The notes beneath the pieces were generated by a model that saw nothing but the letters and a program-made list of their open reading frames with translations, was not told the origin of the DNA and made no database searches. A stretch of DNA of 64,000 nt from Eledone cirrhosa. Its lineage: Eukaryota. This document shows positions 1 to 13,700 of this stretch, one piece after another. The position numbers were made by a program, and so were the translations under genes. The first letter of the stretch is position 1. Every line of letters starts with the position of its first letter. The DNA lies in contig OZ024746.1 in NCBI GenBank assembly GCA_964016885.1, positions 14,818,001 to 14,882,000 on the forward strand, in the 5' to 3' direction.

Positions 1-368
1 ATATGAATAAATTTAGTCCTTCATCACACACACTATATCATCATCATCATTTTACGTCTGCTTGTCCCTGCTTGCAAGGGAACTGATTCTGGCTTGATTT
101 CTACAGCTGGATGCCCTTCCTAACACCAACCTCATTTACAGTGAGTGCTGGGTGCTTTTTTGCCGTGCCACCCCACAACCACTTTGCAGTGGAATGATAG
201 GGACCCCAGTCCCTATCATCTCATTTCTACAGCTGAGTAAACTGGAGCAATGTGAAATAAAGTGTCTTGCTCAAGGAAACAACGCATCACCCGGTCTGAG
301 AATTGAACCCACAACCTTTCGATTACAAGGCCAAGGCTCTAACCACTAAGCCATGTGCCTCATATATG

Positions 369-400
<32 letters not shown>

Positions 401-649
401 ATGTGGATATACATTATATGAAGATGTTTTTCAATATTTACTCATATTTGTTCCAGTTCTCTGTTAAAGTTCAGTTTGCTTTTTTATTGTTGGGGGAGGG
501 TTGAGAGAGTGTTTAGCATGGGCAAGTAGTGAAAGTTTGGTATATACTACCAAGTCATACTCAGTTGCAAGTGATGGTTGTTTTCAACCTTTTTGGGATC
601 TTCAGAAACATATTCTTTAATCTGTGGACACAGATATAAATATTCCAAA

Positions 650-714
<65 letters not shown>

Positions 715-1124
715 AAAGTCCATGCCTTTGTGGTTAGGGTGTTGGATTCAGGGTCATAAGCTTGTGGGTTTGATTCCTGAACGAAGTGGCAGGTTGTGTT
801 CTTGAGCAAGACACTTCATTTCAAGCTGCTTTTCAAGATAGGACTGGGGCCTTTACCTTTAAAACACCTGAAAAATCCTACCTTTTTTTTTGTATATTTT
901 GACCTCTATTATTCAGTATATTCTTAATTTTTTATGACAGTAGTGTGTGATATTAGAGCTGTTGTTTCTAGCAAGTCTATCTCTATATATGACAGTGTAT
1001 AATATGAGCGCAATTTGGCTGCTATTTCTAGTAGGTCTAGCAACCATGTAGTGATCTCCTTTATACATATGTGTAGTGTGTTATTTGAGGAGAATTTGGT
1101 GCAATTTCTTGCAGGTCTAGCTAA

Positions 1125-1165
<41 letters not shown>

Positions 1166-1494
1166 AGTCTAACCCATGCTAGCGTGGAAGATGGACGTTA
1201 AACGAAGATGATGATGATGATGAGACAGTAGTGTGTTATTTGAGGGAGATTTTGTTGTTGTTTCCAGCAGGTCTAGCTACCATGTAGAGGATCCCTTATT
1301 TGTCAATGTTCCCCAATATATTTTAATTCCGAACAAAGAAGCTTGCTAATGAAAATAGGGAGTTGTTTCCTTCTGTAACAGTTCATTGAATGTAGGAAAG
1401 TACTTGTTAAACTAATGACCTAATTATTTTGTGAAAATATAAAAAATTAAATGTGGTGTTGATAACAAACCTGCATAACAAAAGTAATATGTAT

Positions 1495-2450
1495 GTGAGT
1501 GTGTCTGTGTATAACAGTGTATGTGTGTGTCTGTATAGCAGTGTGTGTGTGTGTGTATAGCAGTGTGTATGTCTCTGTTTAGCAGTGTTTGTATGTGTCT
1601 GTGAATAGCAGTGTGTGTGTGTCTGTGTATAGCAGTGTGCGTGTGTCTGTGAATAACAGTGTGTGTGTGTGTGTGTCTGTATAGCAGTGTGTGTGTGTGT
1701 GTGTCTGTATAGCAGTGTGTGTGTGTGTCTGTGAATAGCAGTGCGTGTGTGTCTGTGAATAGCAGTGTGTGTGTGTCTGTGTATAGCAATGTGTGTGTGT
1801 CTGTGTATAGCAGTGTTTGTGTGTGTCTCTGTATAGCAGTGTGTGTGTGTGTGTCTGTGAATAGCAGTGTGTGTGTGTGTGTCTGTGAATAGCAGTGTGT
1901 GTGTGTGTCTGTGAATAGCAGTGTGTGTGTGTGTGTCTGTGAATAGCAGTGTGTGTGTGTGTCTCTGTATAGCAGTGTTTGTGTGTGTCTCTGTATAGCA
2001 GTGTTTGTGTGTGTCTCTGTATAGCAGTGTGTGTGTGTGTGTCTCTGTATAGCAGTGTGTGTGTGTGTGTCTGTGAATAGCAGTGTGTGTGTGTCTGTGT
2101 ATAGCAGTGTTTGTGTGTGTCTCTGTATAGCAGTGTGTGTGTGTCTGTGAATAGCAGTGTGTGTGTGTCTGTGTATAGCAGTATTTGTGGTGTCTCTGTA
2201 TAGCAGTGTTTGTGTGTGTGTCTGTGAATAGCAGTGTGTGTGTGTGGCTGTGTATAGCAGTGTGTGTGTGTCTGTGTATAGCAGTATTTGTGGTGTCTCT
2301 GTATAGCAGTGTTTGTGTGTGGCTGTGAATAGCAGTGTGTGTGTGTGTCTGTGAATAGCAGTATTTGTGTGTGTCTCTGTATAGCAGTGTGTGTGTGCCT
2401 GTGAATAGCAGTGCGTGTGTGTGTGTCTGTATAGCAGTGTGTGTGTGTAC
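1495..2450. repeat. Compound minisatellite, (TG)n-TCTGT(GA/-)ATAGCAG units of about 22-28 bp
   Basis: Tandem units seen directly; explains the spurious His/Thr ORFs. Confidence 0.95.
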
Positions 2451-3118
2451 ATACTGTTACAGTCTGGTAGTTATGAAACTGGTTGACAGAGTGACTGATA
2501 TTCAGTTTGTAACTGATCCAACCCCTTACCACACAGGCACACTCACTCCCACCACACACACATATATATAATGTATATATATATATATATATAATGTATA
2601 TATATATATATATATATATGTGTCGCCTACTTATTTATTTATTCTGAAATTAACTGGTTGTAAGGATGTATGTATGTATAACAGCTACAAGTTCTGTCTG
2701 TGGGCAACACTCAAATATCAGGTTTATCTTTTCTATAAATGTCCATATTGCCATGGCTGAGTTATTAAGAAGTTTGTTTAACAATCATGGTCTTTGGTTC
2801 AATCTCACCTCACAGCCTCGTGTCTTTAGCCATTGCTTCTGGTCGACACCCCCCAGCCTTGTGACTAAAATTTGGTAGATGGTAACTGTGTGGAAACCCG
2901 TTGAAAGCCTGCCAAACAAAGGGTTGGGAGAACACTTTAGTTGTGTCAAGGACATGACAACTTCTCTTGAGACTATACATAAGCAAGATACAGACTCCCT
3001 CCAGCCTGTCTGGGAGGTCAGTAGATCCAACCAACCTTTACAAGCATGGAAAGCGGATGTAAAATAATGATGATATATGTGTGTGTGTATATATATATAT
3101 ATATACACACACATATCT

Positions 3119-3731
3119 TCTAAACTATAATAAAGGAAGGTCTGTGGGACTGCATACGGTTTTTTTTTTTTATCCCGTTAGTAAAATTACTTTGAATAAA
3201 TAATTGTTTATACTTTTGGCACAAGGCCAGCAATTACCCAGTGCATTACTGGTACTTTATTTTATCGACCCCGTAAGGATGAAAGGCAAAGTTAACCTCG
3301 GCGGGAGAATGATTACATAATTTATCTACTAAATTTCGTAAACAAAAATAATTTCGTAAAAATAATTTAAAATTAACTTCTTTTCAAAGTTGCACTTCCG
3401 GTATATTGTTGCCCCCACCACTTCAACTACCATATATATAGAAAGAGAGAGTGTGTGATGTCAACACTTCCGGTGGCGATCACTTAAATAAACATACTAA
3501 TTTTCTCCTAATGCAGTTTATATATAATATTGTCTTTTTTTAATGTATCATGGATTACGTTACTGATTACATAAGACAGTGTAACACAGTCTTTGTTCAA
3601 TTTCTGTGTATATTGTCAATTACGATTTTATTTGATGTATCATATCTACATGTATATATACTTGCGTATAATATCAATATACACACTACACATGCTAGCA
3701 GAAAACCACCGAAGGGTGGTTTTTCTGCTAG
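3119..3731 (+). mobile_element. Non-autonomous Helitron-like element (copy 1, interrupted by a SINE fragment at about 3201-3305)
   Basis: 5' TCTAAACTATAATAAAGG; 3' hairpin CCACC-GAAG-GGTGG then CTAG|T. Highly similar to the inverted copy at 28969-29483. Confidence 0.72.
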
Positions 3732-4194
3732 TACATACAATGGGCTTCAGTCTACAAAATTTCACTTACAAGGTATTGGTGAGTCTGAAACTGTAAGGAG
3801 ACAGATGCCAAAGGTACCACACAGATGGACTGAAGTTGACACCAAGAGGTTCCAAAGTAGTCTTATTAATCCCACAGCCATTCCCCACTCCCACAAATAC
3901 AAATAGAAATTATTTGAAAACATTACATTTCTGTTATATACTTGAAAACATTACAAATTGTGTTTGTGTGTGTATGTATATATATATATATATATATATG
4001 TATATTTGAAAACATTACAATTTGTGTGTATATATATATCATCATCATCATCGTTTAACGTCCATTTTCCACGCTAGCATGGGTCTATATATATATTTGA
4101 AAACATTACAATTTGTGTGGGTGTATGCAAGCAGGGAAAAGCGGACGTAAAATGATGATGATGATGATGATGATATATATATATATATATATAC

Positions 4195-7010
4195 ATCATC
4201 ATCGTTTAACGTCCATATTCCACGCTTGCATGGGTTTGGACGGGAGTTTTCCCACTTGAGGCAAGAGTGGTTGTCTTGCTCGTGTAGGACTGTCTGGCGG
4301 GTTTTCTACGGCTGGATGCCCTTCCTAACACCAACCACATTTACAGTGTGGAACTGGGAGGTTTTTGGGTTTGGACGGGAGTTTTCCCACTTGACGCAAG
4401 AGTGGTTGTCTTGCTCGTATAGGACTGTCTGGCGGGTTTTCTACGGCTGGATGCCCTTCCTAACACCAACCACATTTACAGTGTGGAACTGGGAGGTTTT
4501 TACCGTGTTGCCTACACGGCCACATTACAGCGTGGACTGTGTGTTTTTTGTCGTGACACCTACACGATCTCATTTGTTTCGGCCTGGATGTTGTGGCACC
4601 AACATAACTTTACATTGAAGGGGCGGTGTGGATGGGGTGGGGGGGGGGTGTATTTTGTTAGAGATGCCTACTGACTGAAGTAGGTTTTACTTTGTATTTA
4701 GGTAAGGCGGGTCTTCTCTATTACTGAGTACCGCCAAAGATCTCGGTCCAGTGACATTGTCTTGGAGAGGTGTAAGTGTGTGAGGTCGGAATTTATCAGG
4801 TCGTCCCAGGTTTTTCTGGGTCTGCCTACTCCGTAGCTACCGTCTATCTTTATTGCCCTGCACTTTTTTATACAGCTGTCGTCTTTCATGCGCATCACGG
4901 GATCATACCAATGTAGCCTTCTCTCGAGTAAACAACATCTGATCCCTCTTATTTCTAATTTTTCCCTTAGTTCGTTTATGATTTGCCGTTCACGTATATT
5001 ACTATTACAAATCCAGCGGAGCATGCAAGCTTCGTTCCTCTCTAGTCTGCGTATATCCTCTGCACACAATGCCCATGTCTCACTGCCATGCAACATTGTT
5101 GTTCGTATGCAGGCATCATACAACCTGCCTTTCATTTTTAGGGAGAACCCTTTAGCGGCTAATAGTGGTATAAGCTCTCTGAACTTTTTCCATCCAGTTC
5201 TGACTCTAGCTACTGTACTTTCAGAGCACCCTCCCCCACTGCTGATTTTGTCACCCAGGTAACGGAAGCTGTCCACTATTTCTATAGAACCCTCTGCGCA
5301 ATTGAAAGAGCTAGTATTTTGTGGGCACTTGCTGCTACTAATTGCACCAGAGCACCGGTCACATGTAAAATCTATGTTCTTAGTTAGCTTACCTGTGATC
5401 CCACTAAATCTTTTATGCACCCATACTTTGCATTTGGGACATAAAATGGAGTTTCTACCTACGCCTTTCCTACACACTGAGCATGGCCATTTCCCGGAAG
5501 GGACCGGCGCCTTATTTTCTTTCCTACAAACTAGAACTTTAGTCTTAGCCAGGTTAATTTTAAGGCCTTTTGATTCTAGGTCGTGCTTCCATGTTTGGAA
5601 TTTCTTCTCTAGCTCGGCCATTGATTCAGCTATGAGCGTTAGATCATCTGCGTATAGGAGTTCCCATGGGCAGCCAGTCTTGAACTCCACTGTTATAGCC
5701 TGAAGGGCAATAATAAATAGTAGGGGGCTAAGAATGAACACCAACTTTTACGCTAAACTCTTCACTCTATTCGTTGTTAATTCTAACCTTGCTGACTGTT
5801 TCTTTATACATGGCTTGTATAGCTCTCACAAGCCATTCGTCAACACCTAGTTTTCTAAGAGCCCACCAGATAATGGAACGGGGGACTCTGTCGAAGGCTT
5901 TCTCCAAGTCGACAAAAGCTAAGTATAGGGGTTTACTTTTAGCTAGGTACTTCTCCTGTAGTTGTCGTACAATGAAAAGAGCGTCTGGTACTTTTGCCTG
6001 ACACAAACCCGAACTGCATTTCATCTAGATCAATTCTCTCTCTGATTAGTTGCGCTATTACTTTTTCCGTGACCTTCATGACCTGGTCGATTAATTTAAT
6101 GCCACTATAGTTACTCCTATCTAGGGCGTCTCCTTTACCCTTGTAAAAGTTAACGATGATGCTGCTAAGCCAGTCCTTCGGAACAACCCCATTCTGTATG
6201 ACTTGGTTTACTATCCGGGTGACCATGGTTTGTCCCACCGTTCCAGAGGCTTTCAGCATCTCAGCAACTATTTCCGAAGGCCCAGCCGCCTTACCCGTCT
6301 TCATATCTTTGATTGTCTTACTTATTATACTACCTTCGACTAACACTGCTGGTCCCTCTATTGGGTCGATGTGGGGGAGACTGTCTTTCTCCCATTTATT
6401 CTCCTCATTTAGTAGCCTTTCGTAGTGACACTTCCAAGCTACCTTCTTATCAGCGTCAGTGATGGCAAGTACACGATCATCATTAAGTACACACTTCTCC
6501 CCAACAATATCACGGTTTTCCTTGACACATTGCCTAGCAATCCTTAACACCTCACGTTTTTGGTCCTCGCGTTGTAGAACATGCTTGAACTTTCTTTCCT
6601 CTGCTTCCCTTCTTGCGAAGTACACTTGTCTCCTAGCTTCCCTCCTGGCCACTTGATAGTCTTCTCTACTTCCCCCATCCTGCCATACTTTCCAAGCCTG
6701 CTTTTTGGCCTTAATTGACTCCTCCACCTTACTGTTCCACCACCATATTACTCTCCTCCTGCCTACAGGCCTGCTCCAGCCACAGACTTCGTCTGCCGCC
6801 ATCAGCAGGTTTGCTTTCAGGAATTCCCACTGTTCCTCTATATTGTACGACTCTAATTGCTCTTCCTTACTGTCGAAAGCATCAAGTAATATGCTTTTAA
6901 ATTTATTTCTGGTTGTGGGGTCCTTTAGCTTCCATATTTTTCTCCTGAGGATAGTCCTCTTCTGCTGTCTAGTACGTCTCGTCTTGACTATTAGGTCGCT
7001 AATTATCAGT
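4195..7010 (-). mobile_element. 5'-truncated RTE-clade LINE, frameshifted RT ORF (7010-4698) plus 3' UTR ending in (ATG)n
   Basis: Motifs KGKGDAL...[50 protein letters not shown] 138-bp tandem duplication lies in the 3' UTR (4230-4497). Confidence 0.93.
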
Positions 7011-7759
7011 CTGTATATATATATATATATGAAAACATAACAAGTTCCTGGATGATGTTGTTTACTGACAATAGTGGTATTTCTAATTACTGTGAAGGTC
7101 TCAGATAAGCTGTTTGGGATTGACCAACAGTTTTTGGTTGATGTCAAACTTCAAAATAATATCATTGTCATTGCTTTTACACTTACTTTTCTATGCTTGC
7201 ATGGGTTGAACAGGTCTTTTTCTTTTTCGGATACTCTCAGGTCTTGAATAATTGCCCCTGCTCCCTGTTTATTAAATTTTGCTAATCTATCTCCAGCAAA
7301 ATTTTATTTTAAGTGGTAGCATTCCTGCGACAATTAATTTTCTTTAGACATTAAAAACATTATACATGCCAAAAAGTAATTACTAGAAATCCCAGATGTT
7401 ATAAAATAAATAAGATGGGTTGTGGTCTCAATATGTAAACTAAACGAATAATTCTGGTTTGAAAAAATCAACAGAGACAACCTAAAAAAATTCTGATTCC
7501 TCCCTATGCTTATCCCTCCCTCCCTCATTATTTGGGACCCGAGAGTAGTTTTTTTTGGGTTTTACTATGGCCCCATTTGGACAGTTTGTTGTGATCTGAG
7601 TGAGTTCATATTTGTAGTTCCCACTTTAGACCACTCGGGGGTCCTTGTCACACTTGAGGGAGAATTGGTGCCTATTTCTTGTAGGTTGTGTGTACACCTA
7701 GAAATTGGTTGCATTTGTTGTTCAGGTTTTATTTATTTGTGGATTTTTTTTTTTTACAG

Positions 7760-10695
7760 ATTATACCGAAGATCCCCAAAAATTTCTCTTGGGTTGTTGA
7801 TGGGTTCTTAGCAGCACTTGGGTTTCCTAATGAGTCTGCTAACATGATGTATTTAGTAAAGCATGGCATAAAATACCTCATTAGTTTAACTGCGGAACTC
7901 ACCCCTTCGTTAAAGGGATTCGAAGGTATGTGACTGAGTTTTTTAAAACTTTCCTCCCAAAATCAAAAACACCACTAAATTATATGTAATATTTTTTGAT
8001 TTGTATGGATTTTTTTTCTGACAAGGCTTTTAGTACATGATGTAATGAGTGGTTTACTATATGTAGTAATGAGGATTTAGCTCATGAGGTAATGAGTGGT
8101 TTAGTACATGTTACAATGAGGATTTAGTACAGAGGTAATGAGTGGTTAGTACCTGCTGTAATGAATGTTTAGTACATGTTGTAATGAGAGATGATAAGTA
8201 CATGTTTTAATGAGTGATTTAGTACATGTAATGAATGTTTAGTATATGTTGTAATGGGAGTTTAGTACATGTGGTATCGAGATTTTAGTACACGAGGTAA
8301 TGCATGGTTTAGTACATGTAGTGATGGCGGGGGCTTAGTACATGTGATAATGATGGTTTACTACATGTGGTAATGGGGTTTTTGTTATATGTTGATACAG
8401 ACAAGACTAAGTAGTTAATAAAAATCAATAATAGAATATAGAAAAAAAACCTAAACATTATTTTAACACTTTCATCATATTTCTAATGATGGACATTTCC
8501 TGTGATAATCAAATAATTTTGGAAATAAAGAATTTCGAGGGATTTAGTAATATAACTAACTTTCTCATTATTTATCTAGTGTTTAGAAAAAGGTTCTTAC
8601 ATAAAATTATGATGGAAGGTTTTAGATAAATATGAACACTTTAACTGTTTTGTTACCATATTTCTAATGAAAGAAACTGTCTGATTTTCAAATAATTTGG
8701 AAAATGATCAAAATTTTGGATGGATTTAACCCATTAGCATTTAAACTCGTTGTATCCTGACAGAATTCTCTCTTCTCTTTCTGTTCAAACGGCTGTTGCC
8801 GGCCTTTCATACTGATGTTAAGGTATTGTTCTCAAAATCTCATATCAAACATATGATAGTAAATATAGAGTAATGTAAATGCTAAAGGGATAATAATATG
8901 ATGGAACTTAACTTAATGAAGGTCCTTACTTAAAATTATGATGGAAGATGTTTAGATAAATATAAACTTTAACTGTTTCATTACCATATTTCTAATGAAA
9001 GACACTGCTTATGATTTTCATATAATTTTGGAAATAATGAAGAATTTGAAGGGATTTAATAACATAAGTAACATTTTCATTTGGAACCTAACTTAACAAA
9101 GTTCCTTACATAAAATTCTGATGGAAGATATTAACATAAATCTAAATACATTAAAAGAAAGTTTTATATCACAGAAACAGGTGATTTCAGGTAGTTTGGT
9201 ATTGATTGGGTTGAAGATTTTATTGAGAAAAAACTAAAGAAATGTTTTATTTAAAAAAAAAAAGTAATTATTATTTTTTTTTTTTTCTAGATAAATTAGT
9301 TTGGTCTCAGATTAAGATAAAAGATTTCTCACCACCAACTCTTCAACAAGTAGATGAATTCTTGAAAGTTGTTGAAAAAGCTCGTTCTGAAAATTCGGTA
9401 AGTAAAACATTTTTTTCCCCTAACAATTAGCAACACTAACAAATTTTAATATGAAATAGTTAGAATATGACTAGAATAAAAGTATTACTGCAACAAAAAC
9501 ACACAACATACGTTGCAATGTCATCTATTCCTTGCTGAAGTAAGGGTTAACTTTGTGGGCACATTGACAAACTTCTACATTTTGCTCCATCATCTGCAAC
9601 ACCCTTGGCTTTCATTTCATTTCCTCCATCATTTTCAATCATGTCTTCCCTATATTGTAAGAAGTGACTGAAAGGGTTGGTGTCAGGAAGGGTATCTGAC
9701 TGTAAAACATTGTCTCAAAACATCATATCCAACTCATGCCAGCATGGAACGGAGGACGTAAAAATGATCAATGATGAATCCTAGAACCAGAGGCTGTTTC
9801 AGGCAGTTTTGTGTCCTGGAACCAGGGGCTGTTCCAGATAGTTTTGTAATCTAGAACCAGGTGCTGTTCCAGGTAGTTTTGTATCTTAGAACCAGGGGCT
9901 GTTACAGGTAGTTTTGTATCCTAGAACCAGGGGCTGTTCCAGGTAGTTTTGTATCCTAGAACCAGTGACAGATTCAAGTAGTTTTGTAACAAGAAGAAAG
10001 ACAAACGTATCTCTAGTTTATTTCTGGTAGATTCTGTCTTCCTTGAAGAATATTTTAACATTTTCATTCCCTGTCCCTTGCTTTAAACTTTAGAAATATT
10101 GAAATCTTGCAATATGAATAATATTGAATTAAACTGAATTTAACTATTAATGACCTGTACCACATGAAACTACTTTAGCAAGACATTCTTTCTCAAAGAT
10201 CTGTTCTCTAGTAAAGATACTATAAACCACATTAACAAGGCATCTTTGAAAACTACAAAACAGCACTATGACTGCATCATAGTAAAAATTAAAGTTTTTA
10301 CTTCAGTTTACTGCAAATATTTACAATAATCTGTCCTCTAGTAAAGATACTATAAAAATTTGAATTAATAAACCCATTTGTTGGATATTTTCTGATTAAT
10401 TATTACAAGATGTAATAATTAAAGGAAGATAATTTCCAAATAACAATAGCTGAGATAATGAATAAAGAGGATTGCAATTAAATCTATGAATTATAACGAA
10501 CCACATGAAATCATGCATGTTTAGGTGCGTATATTTGTGTGAGGGTGTATGTATGTGTAAATATATGTCTGTGTGTGTATGTATAAATATATATGTCTGT
10601 ATGCATGTGTAGGTGACTGTTTGTGTGTATATGTATGTGTGTGTATATATGCCTATATATATGTATGCATATGTCTGTATGTGTATAAATATATC

Positions 10696-10743
<48 letters not shown>

Positions 10744-13700
10744 CGTGTATATGTCTGTATGTGTGTGTGTATATGTCTGTATGTGTGCGTGTATATGTCT
10801 GTATGTGTGCATGTATATGTCTGTATGTGTATATGTCTGCATGTATGCGTGTGTATATATATCTCTGTATGTATGTCTATGTATGTGTGTATATTTGACT
10901 ATCTTTTTGTGTATATGCCTGTATACATGTATGTATATGTATGTGTGTATATATATATATATGTGTGTGTGTGTAAGATTTTGAAAATATTTGTTACATT
11001 ATTTTAAAAAAATGAAACCTATTTCTATCTGGAAAGAATCATATGAAATATCTCTTTAGTTCAACATTGTGTGTGTGTTGTTATTTGTTGGTGTGTGTTG
11101 GGATGGTGGTGTTTATATATGTGAATGTGTGTGCTTGCAGTTTTTGTCGGTGTAGGTATGTTTATGAATGTGTGTGTGAGTGTGTGTTTACAAACGTGTA
11201 TGTGCCATTACTTGGTGTGTGCATGTGTTTGTGAATGTGTATGCGTGTGTGTTATATCGTCAATAAATTGAAAATGAACAAAAAGTAAAATTCGTGAAAT
11301 TCATATCGTGTGTGTAATGTGTGTGTGTAATGTGTGCGTGTGTGTAGCCAACAGTAACTGCACGAAGCAGTTAATGAAATGTTGTCACCCCCTCCTTCCT
11401 GTTTGTCAGCTCTGCTTCTCATGTAAAACCCTCGGTATACTGCTTAATGGTCTCTGCATAACTCCAGAAACTATATTTTTATGTATATATCATCAACATC
11501 ATCATTATCATCACTGTTTAACGTCTTATTTTCTATGCTTACATGGGTCAAACAGGTTGTCCACTCTATGAGGCAAGTCTGGTTATTTGACCGCACCATA
11601 CTTTGCTCAAACAGAACTGTATTTTGGCTGCGGCTTTTTACAACTGGATGCCCTTCTTAACACCAACCATGTTGACTGTCGAAGTGGGTGGTCCCATTAT
11701 GAGAGGAGGTCTGACCAATTGGCTGCGCTGTACCCTGCTCATAAGCAGATCTGTATTAGGGAGCTGGGTTGGCTTTAAGGTCTTTCATTTCCAAGCTGTG
11801 CTTCCATGTCTGAAATTTCTTCTCTAATTCTGTCATAGATTCAGCTATGAGGATCAGGTCGTCGGTGTATAGGAGATCCCATGGGCAACCAGTCTTAAAT
11901 TCCTCTGTCATAGCCTGTAGGACAATATTGAATAGAAGGGACTCGGAATGGAGCCCTGGTGGACCCCCCCCCCCACTTACACAATGAATTTCTCACTATA
12001 CTCATTGTTAATTTTGACTTTGACGGCTTGTACTGCATTCATGAGCCACTCATCTACCCCTAGTTTTCTGAGGGCTAACCAGATTATCAAACGAGGGACT
12101 CTATCAAAACATTTCTCTAGGTCCATGAATGCTAAGTAGAGCAGCTTGCTTTTAGCCAAGTACTTCCCCTGCATTTCATTCACAAGGAAGAGGGCCTCAG
12201 TCGTGCTTTTCCCCCGGCATAAATCTAAACTGTTTCTCAACTAGGTGTATACAATCTCTAATTAGTTGTGTGATGTCTCTTTCTGTAACTCTGATGACCT
12301 GGTCAATCAGTTTGATGCCCCTGTAGTTATTTCTCTCTTGGGCATCTCCTTTTCCCTTGACAATGATGTGGTTACGCAGGTCATTGAGAATGACGCCGTT
12401 CTGTATATATATATATTCTATATTACTTGGGCTTACGACATGTGGTTAGGGTGTGCCCTACCATCCCAGATGCTTTCAACATCTCAGCAACTATTCTCGA
12501 TGGTCCGGCTGCTTTTCCTGCCTTCATTTTCTTAATTGCCTTATTTACTCCGCTGCTGCTTATTCGTACAGTTTGACCTTCTGTTGGGTACGTTTGGGGC
12601 AGGCTGTTTTCTTCCCATGCATTTTCTTCATTCATCAGACTTTCATAATGGCCTTTTCATGCAGCTTTCTTTTCAGCGTCGGTGAGGGTATGTGTGCTAT
12701 TGTTGTCAAAGAGGCACTTCTCCCTGATAACATCACAGTTTTCCATGACACATTGCTTTGCAATCCTGAACACCTCATGCTTTTGGTCCTCACATTGTAA
12801 ACATGCTTAAACTTTGTATTTTCTGCTTCTCTTCTTGCCAAGTATACTTGCCACCTAGCCTCTCCCCTAGCTTCTTCGTAAGGTACCTGCTACCTCCATT
12901 TTTCCATGCCTATCTTTTGACTTTAATTGTCACATCCACCTTACAATTCCACCACTAAGTGATTCTACTTCTCCCTGGAGCCTTGCTCTATCCTCAGATC
13001 TCATTTGTTGCTTTCAGCAGGTTATCTCTCAGGGACCCCCCTCCCCACTGCTCCTCTATATTGTATGTCTCTATTTCCTCTTCTTTACTGTCAAAAGTGT
13101 CAAGCAAGATTCTCCTAAATTTGTTACGAGCTGAGGGCCCCTTCAGCTTCCATATCCTTTTCCTCTAAGTTGCCCTCTGTCTCCAGGTCTGTCTAGTTCT
13201 AACTCTGAAGATGCTGGGAGGTGCATTCCTCATCCGGGAGGCTTTTTGTGTTTACAACTGTTGCTCTATATTGTCTCTCTGTCAATCTATAGTTATCTAT
13301 TTATGTATATTTCCCAATAGAAGATAGATGGGTAGAACATAGCTATCATATTGTAGTGGATAGTTTGATAACAAAGAAAATCTGGAAGGAAATTATTGTA
13401 ACATATTGAAATGAATGTGAAATGAGATGAAATGTGGTTGATTGAAAGCAATGACTGGGCAGGCAAGAGGAAGAAGGTCAAGGAAAACTTGAGGATTCAA
13501 ACATCTTTACATAGAATGTTGTAATCAACAAATTATTCGATCAAATATTCTTTTCTATAAACCTTGTCATTTTTTATAGGTACTCTGCTAGTATATATCA
13601 TCATCATCAACATCATCATTTTATGTCTGCTCTTCCCTGCTTGCAAAGGTGGGACGGGTCTTATTCAGCACAGCATCTCTCCACTCGTCACGGTCCTTCG

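Noticed and set aside
1424-2571. Long His/Thr/Cys-rich ORFs (342 and 326 aa)
   Set aside because: Translation of a (CA)n-based minisatellite, open in several frames; no splice or codon evidence.
3695-3731. GC hairpin plus T-run resembling a rho-independent terminator
   Set aside because: Eukaryotic DNA; better explained as a Helitron 3' terminal hairpin ending in CTAG.
3550-3906. 118-aa ORF as an independent gene
   Set aside because: It lies in the Helitron-like element and runs into another repeat; the second copy has an early stop in the same frame.
10396-11007. YIYI/VCVC low-complexity ORFs (also at 18.3, 21.8 and 62.1 kb)
   Set aside because: (TA)n/(TG)n microsatellite translations.
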